Shown here in pieces: positions 57,501-64,000 of a stretch of 64,000 bases of DNA. Every line of letters begins with the position of its first letter. Positions within the stretch are counted from its first letter, which is position 1. Source of the stretch: an uncultured bacterium. Lineage in GTDB: Bacteria > Verrucomicrobiota > Kiritimatiellia > RFP12 > UBA1067. The position numbers and the translations under genes were made by a program. The stretch is taken from the NCBI GenBank assembly GCA_902802945.1, contig CADCOC010000016.1, positions 10,269 through 74,268 on the forward strand, in the 5' to 3' direction. The notes beneath the pieces were generated by a model that ran no database searches, was not told the DNA's origin, and saw nothing but the letters and a program-made list of their open reading frames with translations.

Positions 57501-57681
57501 CGCTGCATGGAATCGCCGCAAGGTTTCCAACGGTCGGCGCGAGAATCGCCGCGCTCCTGGGGTTTTCGGGGTCGTAGTTGTTGAAGTCCCATCTAGCGAC
57601 AAGACCCGCCCACGACGGAGCCATCGCGGTTGCCGCGATTGCCGCCGCCGAGACGGCGGCTTTCCAGGTTTGGTTTCTCAT
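54553..57681 (-). CDS. Large exported passenger-like protein ending KGFMLIVK
   Basis: Signal MRNQTWKAAVSAAAIAA, LVARWDFN, KTGAGKLTV...TYTG.TEI.AGTL autotransporter-associated strand. Confidence 0.88.
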   Translation of the reverse strand: MRNQTWKAAVSAAAIAATAMAPSWAGLVARWDFNNYDPENPRSAAILAPTVGNLAAIPCSGKGTSTAITDGTLGNSITVVGADQAPGLADGDYALNIPSGSHLKMPLPAGIVRDKEWMVRIRFYVPAGAGHQRSLIQPDYGNAADKLYFVNGYNLIRAREAEFGTSQFENKNNYASSGADKNKDGALLSRTVTTLAWHSFTAHFGAAGSASTLDGVRSVSLESETDLRSSFTGDGFILCGDKVNDGVLYISSVEVWDDMPLYHCTGYLQTSSAKAFGGCSLDDIRDMYLSIRRNGGAGVSGRPAQGLQRIVTSDGNGTVTDLKVDFRPWGYDHHILADFTDDGTDVHGYALRAQYSLGFAYRYFTENGGFSSERNVFVPGTTADASGTYSAYNLYALPFTPLKENMEWGHFMGSGIFGDPIISFVADDLTLTFDAQPKARSLTLDCGRGEGYVNAAFTYSTDALKTMDSFGSLNIGEGVTLTIPPDVSITGAVAFAESSSLVIDMGSADIVPGVTVFTAAEGFSVPAGKSVADFVSASRGSVVLGADGKTLVITFAADVPIYAEWIGGGDRNNVSDPQNWQCRNYEGTLLAGTIPGENTYVSVSGATTFNVPTGQVLTCYSLTIGDCTLSENCDWRGLGTGVMSSAAGSKIDLNGHALVVAGLDASSATTVTNGNTTTLSEFCVDVAANATSENSNVRLGGNLKFVKTGAGKLTVSTTAKQTYTGMTEIRAGTLRSTTKASDYEPFGHGTVSNLKDIDIMSGANFELANSWYTIYRLVLHGGTVVFDYDKKTSDGYYGCIFGATRLLADSYFVAQSGSHPHLWSTHTVDLGGHVLDVTMASGVTFELGGSGAVGTTITNGTIRVSGGTLHTDTFKNIAIDAKTVNLEVSCALNIETTRALDVGDYEALYTGTSNAGTGALNVYRTFKPVSTNFYGPTMQDGSTMDLRAWPESAGWPMTSGFKTGATNVQFVAHSTVNVNLAGRSDLMALAKSNEPYIVTWNSAPSDVAFKLDAETAMLGFKLRPRAEGLRLERTKGFMLIVK

Positions 57682-57788
57682 GCAGTTGGTCCTTTTGATG
57701 TGTGGTTTTGGTTTGACAGGATTTCGCCTTTGCTTTGGCCGTTGCTTTTGTCCGTGTAGAACATGTAGAACGTGTAGTTGTGCGCGAG

Positions 57789-60095
57789 CTATTTGACGAT
57801 AATCATGAGTCCGCCGCGACGGCGCAGATAGCCGCTGGAATCGAGCGACACGCGCTCGCCGTTATAGGTAACCTGGCGCAATTGCGCGGCAGTTAGGCCG
57901 TTCTCCGACGAGCCGAAACGCAGGGAGCGCGTAGGCAGCTTGTCGTCGCCGGTGATCGCCAGTGTTGCCCCCGGCGTCCACGACACACCGCTGGAATCGG
58001 CAAAAGCAAGCGAGCCTCCTTCAAGGTTGATCGCCGCGTCGCCGGAGAGCGTCAGTACGCCCGTCGTGTTCGTCGTTGAGCCGCACGTCACCGTTCCGCC
58101 GGCAAGCGTCAGAGGCGCGGACGACGGAAGCGATGTATTACTCCCAAGAGCGACAGTCCCATCCTCTATGGTGAAGCGGCCTGCAAACGTGTTATTGCCC
58201 GAAAGCGTCAAGGTTGCCGCGCCGCGCTTGACGATTCGTGCACCTTGGTTTGCTTCGTTTGTACTGTCGTATATTCGACCAGTGATTGCGAGATCCGACA
58301 ACGTTGTGATATACAGGACGTTCGTCTTGCTCCCAGTCGCGTTGTGGCGCAGGAGGTCGATTCCCGTGTCGATCAGATTGGCGGCGGAACCGGCGCTCAC
58401 GTAGTGCGTCTCGTTCGTGACGTTGGGATATCCGCAGCGCAACGCATTTCCTATGACGCTCGCACCGTTCGTCAGCACCAGTTCATTGATGTAGTTGTTG
58501 CCGTCGAGGCTTGAGCTGTGGTACTGGTGGTTGTAGAGCGTGGAAGCGTCAAGAACATATTTGCCCTGCGACTTCGTCACCAGTCCCTGCTGCACAAGCA
58601 ACGTGCAGCCAGGCTCAAGCCATTGCGTCGTGCCCGCACCGAGAGGCGACGCACCGCCGTCGGCATACGTGAACTGAGGGCCATAGTTCACCTGTGAGCC
58701 GTTGCGGGCGACGACAAACGTCGGCATCGCGTTCTTCGTGGTGAACACGATCTGCGCGTTGTCCACTACCGCGTCCTGACATGCGTTCGCCACGCTCAAC
58801 GTAAGCGAAGGAGTCTCCACGCTGTTAAATGTGAGGGACTTAATGCCATAGCTACCGTTGTTGTTCTCTATGACAGACGTACCAAGCTCCGCCTGCTTCG
58901 CAACAAGGTCGCATCCAAGCATATCCGTAGTTCCTCCATTGCCCGTTGGCCACCACCAGCCCCTAACTCTTCGCGCGGTGACGTTTGCACCCACCTGCTT
59001 CAACTCGACTAACGCACCCTTGATGCCGCCGGAGTGGAACTGAAGCTGGAAAGACATCGTCTCGCCATCGAACTTGTAGTGGTAAATGGATGGGTTTGCG
59101 TTGAAACCAATCGCAGAGCCGCGCATAACCGCACTTGCGGGCGTTGAGCGCAAGAGGACAAGATTCGTCAACACCGTCGCTCCCGCCGTGCTGGACATCC
59201 ACTGCGCCGCCGCCTTCTCGACATTTGGATCGGTTATGCCGAATGTCCGTTGTACCGTCGCATCGGAAAGCCCGCGCACGTCGAGCCGCCCATTGGGACA
59301 CTCAACTGCGTTCGTCCACGTATGTGCAAACGGAGCCGTCACCTCCACTCTCATATTGGAGAACTTGAACTTGCCGCCGAAGTCCGTCTCGCCAACGACC
59401 CCCAGCTTAGCCGTGTACGCAGCAAGGTTACATACGCCATATCCGCTCGTAGTGCGCGACGTCGCCACATTGTTGCCCCTCACCTTCGCGTTGTTGACAT
59501 CCATTCCCTTCCAAAAGTTACCATCTTGAACATAGCACGCGGAAGCTGATCTGGCATGGATGCCGTCACTCTCCTCGGTTAGCTCGACGTTCACGCATTT
59601 AACAATACCCTGAAGTATCTGGAACTGGACGCTTCCTGTTGTGCCGTTATACGTGTAGCGATAACCATCTGCCGGGAAAATGCTGCTGCCGCCCGTGATG
59701 GCGCTGCCGCCCATCACCGCCGTGAGGGCAGTGATTTCAGAAAGCCTCAATCCGGGGAACACAAGCACGGAACTGTTCTTGGGCAGAAACACCTCATCAT
59801 CGTTACTCGATGCGGCGATTCCCGTAAGCGTCAGCGTACCCGACGTCGTGAGGTTCGAGACCGTCACCGCGCCGTCGAGCGTGACCGTCGCCGCGCTTGG
59901 GAACACGGCGCTCGCGCCGTCAACCCATGCGGACGGCGTTTCGCCGTCTAACCAGTTCTCGCCCGTGGTCCACGACGCGCCATCTGCGCCGTTCCAGGTT
60001 AGCGTCTTGCCGTCGGCATCCGCCCACGACGGCAACGCCGCCGCTACGCAGATTGCCGCCGCTGAGATGGCGGCTTTCCCAGTTAGTTTCCTCAT
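57789..60095 (-). CDS. Exported passenger-like protein ending GGLMIIVK
   Basis: Signal peptide, TWNG...NW, KRGAATLTLSGNNTFAG..TI.DGT. Confidence 0.88.
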   Translation of the reverse strand: MRKLTGKAAISAAAICVAAALPSWADADGKTLTWNGADGASWTTGENWLDGETPSAWVDGASAVFPSAATVTLDGAVTVSNLTTSGTLTLTGIAASSNDDEVFLPKNSSVLVFPGLRLSEITALTAVMGGSAITGGSSIFPADGYRYTYNGTTGSVQFQILQGIVKCVNVELTEESDGIHARSASACYVQDGNFWKGMDVNNAKVRGNNVATSRTTSGYGVCNLAAYTAKLGVVGETDFGGKFKFSNMRVEVTAPFAHTWTNAVECPNGRLDVRGLSDATVQRTFGITDPNVEKAAAQWMSSTAGATVLTNLVLLRSTPASAVMRGSAIGFNANPSIYHYKFDGETMSFQLQFHSGGIKGALVELKQVGANVTARRVRGWWWPTGNGGTTDMLGCDLVAKQAELGTSVIENNNGSYGIKSLTFNSVETPSLTLSVANACQDAVVDNAQIVFTTKNAMPTFVVARNGSQVNYGPQFTYADGGASPLGAGTTQWLEPGCTLLVQQGLVTKSQGKYVLDASTLYNHQYHSSSLDGNNYINELVLTNGASVIGNALRCGYPNVTNETHYVSAGSAANLIDTGIDLLRHNATGSKTNVLYITTLSDLAITGRIYDSTNEANQGARIVKRGAATLTLSGNNTFAGRFTIEDGTVALGSNTSLPSSAPLTLAGGTVTCGSTTNTTGVLTLSGDAAINLEGGSLAFADSSGVSWTPGATLAITGDDKLPTRSLRFGSSENGLTAAQLRQVTYNGERVSLDSSGYLRRRGGLMIIVK

Positions 60096-60144
60096 GTTTT
60101 TGTTTCCCTTTTTGAGTTAGTTGATGAGTGGTTTTGTGCGCGGG

Positions 60145-62688
60145 CTACTTGACGATTACCATCAAGCCCTTTGGAATGCTGACGTACACCGTCTCGCCCT
60201 TGGCCACGAGCTTCGCGCAATCGCCCCTCGTCACCGTTGACGCATCCAGCGTCAGATTCGGCACGACGGCCGCCGCAGCCTCGGCGGAAGCCAGCGTGAG
60301 AACCGGATACTTGCCGGGCTTGAGCTGGGTCGTGCCGCCGACCACGATCCGCGCACCGGCCGCCGCCGTCGCGCTGTTCGCCGTCACCGGCGCGGTCGCG
60401 TCCGCCGTGAGGTTGCTGACAACGAGCGCCGTATCCGCGCTGAAGGCCAACGTACCGCCGAGCGTGGTTCTGCCCGACGGGACAACAAGCCGCGTGCTGT
60501 CCTGCAACGTCACGTTGCCCCTGCCGGGACGGGCTCCGTTCTTCACCTCGACCGTCGCAGAATCCTTGACGGTCAAGCCTCCGGCAAAGTCGTTGTCGTT
60601 GATGCCCGTGTTTGCAAACACGAACCGTCCGATGCCTTGCACGACGACCAAGACCGTGCTGGCGTAGTCAGCCGACGAGCCTCCGATACCGCTCTCCGCC
60701 GTGATTGTCCGGCCTACTGTGTTGTCGTAGTAGTCAGTCGTGTCGAACGTCACCGTGGTGTTGCCGGAACTGCCGATTTTGCGAATGCCCTTGTTAGTCG
60801 TGCCCATATTGGAATGGTTGTTGAAGTAGATCTGCCAGTCGGCGTAGGAACCGAAATAATGAGAACCTGAGTTGCTGATGCGAACGTAGCCGCTTGCACC
60901 GTGAATGATGCCATTTGATCCGACAATCGTCTTCGTAGGGGTGTACGGCGAAACGAGAACTGCAGTCGTGCGAAGTTTTGGTGTAATGAAAACACCGCCG
61001 CCAGTTGTATTCTCCAAATATCCGCCGCCGCCCCCGTTATTAAGTTCTGTATTGGAATAGATTTCGTTTGTGGCCTTGAACACGCCGTAGTTCCTGTTGA
61101 CAAGATGCTTGCTTCCGCTTCCATTTGTCTTTGTGTTCTTGACCGTCACCGTAGCGCCGCTCTCAATCGTAAGCCTGTTGTTATGATCGTAATACGTTCC
61201 ATCCAGCAGATTGAGTTCCGATCCCGTCTTCAATGTTGAGCCATTTGGCGGGGACCAATCTCCGGTCGTCGTTATGTTGTATCTGCCGTAGAAAGTCGTG
61301 TGGTTGGATATGTTCACCCCCGTCGCGCCGCCCGCGAAGTTGACGTGTCCGCTTGTCGCCGTCACGTTTATCTTGTCGCTAAACGCAACTGCGTTCTGCA
61401 GCTCGTTCGCCTGTCCGTTCCGGCAGACGACACTGATGACTCGCGCCATCGCCGTACCCGTCACAGTCACCTTCCCCGCGCCGGACTCGAATGTCAAGGT
61501 CTGGATCCGGAAGGATGCGTCAGACGGATTGTAGTTGACGGTTACGTCGCCGCTCTGCGGAAACACGAAATGGCTGTAGCCGTCTATCTGCACGGGAACG
61601 TTGCCGTCGTCGTCGATCCAGTTCGCGAGAGTGAACCACTGCGGCTCTGACTCATTTGCATTGCCAGTCCATGTGTACACCGTCTTGCCCTTGAACGTCG
61701 CCAGGAGCTGCACGGCCGTGTCGCTCGTCACCGTGATGGTCTGGCTTTCCATGTCGCCGGAGGTGATCGCCCATGTGTCGCCGGACCAGGACACGAAATC
61801 GCAGTCAGTGGCAGGCGTCGCCTTGAGCGTCACGTTCGAGCCGCGAGCGACCCATGCCTCCGCCGTGCCGGACGCCTCCGCGCTCCCAAACGCCACAGAG
61901 CCCTTCTCCGTGTCGGAGGCGTAGGCGTGGAACTTCGCGGAGAACACACCGTCCACGTACTTGTAGTCATCCGCGCTTCCAATACCATCGGAAAAGGTGA
62001 GATCGGAGGATGGGCTTGACTCCGCCTCGCCGTGGAACGCGTTGCCGATCACGTCGTAGAACCCAGCCGCGCCGAGCTCGTTCGTCGCCGGCGCAAGGAA
62101 TACAGCCGGCGTCGTCGCCGTGCTGCTGTCCGCCGCCTCGAAGCTGTAGATGTTCTTTGTTCCGGCCACGTAGTTACCCGCCCTCAAGGCGAAGAGACTC
62201 AACGACGTCGTGGCCGTACTGTTATGCGTATATGTTTGCGTCTTTGTCTGAGCACCCGTTCGATCGTAAAGGCTCAGAACCGCCGTCTCTTCAGTTTTGG
62301 AAGAGTGCGTGACTGTCATGATCCTGCGTTGCGCATCAATCGCGCTAAACGTGGAAGCGGAACTGCCGGAATCTCGATAATACCATTTGTAATTCCGCCT
62401 GCCGCTGCCACTGGTCGTGTAGAACGCGCAGTTTGGGTTCTCGGCCGTATTTCCGAATATGCCCTGGTTGTCGAGGCTCGCCTGGGTCAGCTGAAAATCG
62501 ATGAAGTAGCGCGAGAGCGCCTTTGCGCAATACCCCGTATCAACCCTGTTCACGCCATGCGACTGCACGTATGCGTATGGCTGGAGCGTATGCGTTTCCG
62601 CCCACGACGGCAACGCCGCCGCTACGCAGATTGCCGCCGCAAGCGCGGCGAGTTTGCCGCACATTGATTTGATGATTGTTGAGTGCAT
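60145..62688 (-). CDS. Exported passenger-like protein ending KGLMVIVK
   Basis: Signal ...AAAICVAAALPSWA, shared with the neighbouring gene. N-terminal module shared with the 45203 gene. Confidence 0.88.
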   Translation of the reverse strand: MHSTIIKSMCGKLAALAAAICVAAALPSWAETHTLQPYAYVQSHGVNRVDTGYCAKALSRYFIDFQLTQASLDNQGIFGNTAENPNCAFYTTSGSGRRNYKWYYRDSGSSASTFSAIDAQRRIMTVTHSSKTEETAVLSLYDRTGAQTKTQTYTHNSTATTSLSLFALRAGNYVAGTKNIYSFEAADSSTATTPAVFLAPATNELGAAGFYDVIGNAFHGEAESSPSSDLTFSDGIGSADDYKYVDGVFSAKFHAYASDTEKGSVAFGSAEASGTAEAWVARGSNVTLKATPATDCDFVSWSGDTWAITSGDMESQTITVTSDTAVQLLATFKGKTVYTWTGNANESEPQWFTLANWIDDDGNVPVQIDGYSHFVFPQSGDVTVNYNPSDASFRIQTLTFESGAGKVTVTGTAMARVISVVCRNGQANELQNAVAFSDKINVTATSGHVNFAGGATGVNISNHTTFYGRYNITTTGDWSPPNGSTLKTGSELNLLDGTYYDHNNRLTIESGATVTVKNTKTNGSGSKHLVNRNYGVFKATNEIYSNTELNNGGGGGYLENTTGGGVFITPKLRTTAVLVSPYTPTKTIVGSNGIIHGASGYVRISNSGSHYFGSYADWQIYFNNHSNMGTTNKGIRKIGSSGNTTVTFDTTDYYDNTVGRTITAESGIGGSSADYASTVLVVVQGIGRFVFANTGINDNDFAGGLTVKDSATVEVKNGARPGRGNVTLQDSTRLVVPSGRTTLGGTLAFSADTALVVSNLTADATAPVTANSATAAAGARIVVGGTTQLKPGKYPVLTLASAEAAAAVVPNLTLDASTVTRGDCAKLVAKGETVYVSIPKGLMVIVK

Positions 62689-62724
62689 GATTGTTTTCCT
62701 TTTTGATTTGCTTGTTGTTTGTCA

Positions 62725-62795
62725 AAGGGACTTAAGGGACGGGAAGGGACACAAGGGATAGTTGCTTTCGTCTTCTTGCGTCCCTTTTGTCGCTT
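62725..62795. repeat. Periodic AAGGGAC repeats with inverted degenerate copies
   Basis: Four AAGGGA(C/T) copies at 9-10 bp spacing, then GTCTTCTT, GTCCCTT, GTCGCTT. Confidence 0.75.
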
Positions 62796-62808
62796 CACGC
62801 CTCCCGTT

Positions 62809-63082
62809 TTACGCCTCGGGCGCGGGCTCCGGGTCTTCCTTCTTGTGCTTCGCGGGCTGGGCGGCAATGCGCTTGTACTGCTCGACCACGCCGACCGCCG
62901 CCTTGATCGCCTTCGCCGCCTCTTCCCGCCGCGTCGACGGCGCGCATGATCCGCACCGAGTCGCCAGTCTCGCCTGCGAGCCGCGGAAAATCCGCAACAG
63001 ACACGTCCGCCACGCTCATCACGCCACCAAAGGCACACGTCCACGGAACCACTATGACTACGATCAGTTTCCTCATGCTCAT
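62809..63082 (-). pseudogene. Deletion chimera of the N-terminus of a pectate-lyase-like gene and the C-terminus of another gene
   Basis: AGGAGG RBS, signal-like start, VSVADFPRLAGETGDSVRIMRAVDAAG, then out of frame EEAAKAIKAAVGVVEQYKRIAAQPAKHKKEDPEPAPEA-stop. Confidence 0.6.
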
Positions 63083-63086
63083 CCTC

Positions 63087-64000
63087 CTACCGCACGAGGA
63101 TCATGATGCCGCGTGTGATGTACAGGCCGTCGTCCTTCTTTTGCAAGCCGAAGTGCTCGCCTTCGGCGCTCGTGAACCTCAGAGTGGCGAGGTTCGCCGG
63201 CGTATTGCCCGTCCAGTCAACGATCTTGTCGCCGGTCTTGACCTTTCTCTCGCCCAGCTTGATCTTGACCGTCGCGTTGTCGGCAAAGGAGACGGTCTTG
63301 CGCGCCGTCTGCTGTTCCGTCGTAAGGCCATAAGTGCTGGCCCCGTTCGCGATCGAAGACTGTATCGACCAGGCCCCGGTCTTCCCCGACAGGTCGATCG
63401 TCGAGCCGTTCATCATCGTACAGCCGTAGAACGTCGTGCTGATCGGCGTGAACGTTCCGTACACGTTCAGTCCATACGCCGTACCCGTTCCCCACTGGTT
63501 CTGCGAGCCCGCAATCTTGTAGTCATGCACCGACGCGGGGTCAAACATGTGTGCCCGGACGTTGATCTCGACATCCACGCCGTTGCCGTCAGCGGGCAGC
63601 TTGCCGACGTATTCCACGGAGGAATCAAACACGAACCGGCCCGTCTCGCCTTCCAGCGACGCATCAATGTAGTAGTACTGCGATCCGGTCCCGCCCGAGA
63701 ATGTCAGCGTGTGCCCGTCAAGATCCAAGTGACTGCCCGCCGCCCCGATATGCAAATTGACGTCTCCACCGTTCAACAGCATGATCTGCGAGTCGGCCGT
63801 GACCGCCGTGAGCATCGCGACATCTCCGCTGAGGTTGCCGTACAGCAGTCCGCCAGCGAGGACGATGTCGTTTGTGAACGTGTGCGAACTCTGCACCATG
63901 AACGTCGCATTGCTCTCAACGGTTACCGCGCCCGTGCCGTACACGGTGAAATCGCCCTCTCCGCTGTAGGTCACCGAGTTGGCGGGCTCCTGGGCCGTGC
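63087..64000 (-). CDS. C-terminal part of another array protein ending RGIMILVR (5' end off window)
   Basis: Frame is open to the window edge. LNVYGTFTP...FYG.TM..GST.DL block shared with the 54553 gene. Confidence 0.85.
   Translation of the reverse strand, partial: TAQEPANSVTYSGEGDFTVYGTGAVTVESNATFMVQSSHTFTNDIVLAGGLLYGNLSGDVAMLTAVTADSQIMLLNGGDVNLHIGAAGSHLDLDGHTLTFSGGTGSQYYYIDASLEGETGRFVFDSSVEYVGKLPADGNGVDVEINVRAHMFDPASVHDYKIAGSQNQWGTGTAYGLNVYGTFTPISTTFYGCTMMNGSTIDLSGKTGAWSIQSSIANGASTYGLTTEQQTARKTVSFADNATVKIKLGERKVKTGDKIVDWTGNTPANLATLRFTSAEGEHFGLQKKDDGLYITRGIMILVR

Noticed and set aside
49920-60147. Junction repeats as a CRISPR array or canonical integron attC sites
   Set aside because: Copies are kilobases apart, and no cas or intI gene is present. 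I could not identify RYYYAAC/GTTRRRY boxes.

Overview
High-GC bacterial window with nearly all real genes on the - strand. Gene style suggests a PVC-superphylum gut anaerobe such as Kiritimatiellae (inference). Bases 1-22 kb are mostly housekeeping: a Tat-exported MBL hydrolase, bioA-bioD, rph, an M14 peptidase/GH50 fusion, trpB2, a TrkA-type subunit, coaX, nadC, mnmE, speE with a basic amino-acid decarboxylase, tRNA-Arg(CCG), a Phd/degenerate-Doc pair, MATE, DUF5107-TPR and an LRR lipoprotein. Bases 22-64 kb are an accessory surface-protein region. It holds three tandem mosaic C10 (SpeB-like) proteases behind a TolC gene. It then holds an array of at least seven large passenger-like proteins with no beta-barrel, six with visible signal peptides, all ending in [KRSG]G-x-[MT]-h-h-V-[KR]-stop. 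Several array genes are joined by a conserved intergenic DNA unit. The array contains relics of lost members, REP-like palindromes and inserted cargo (an Rpn nuclease with an internal antitoxin start, an AAA+ ATPase-nuclease and an orphan gene). The best candidate for an undescribed system is this cassette-like, domain-shuffling array with its putative C-terminal sorting signal.
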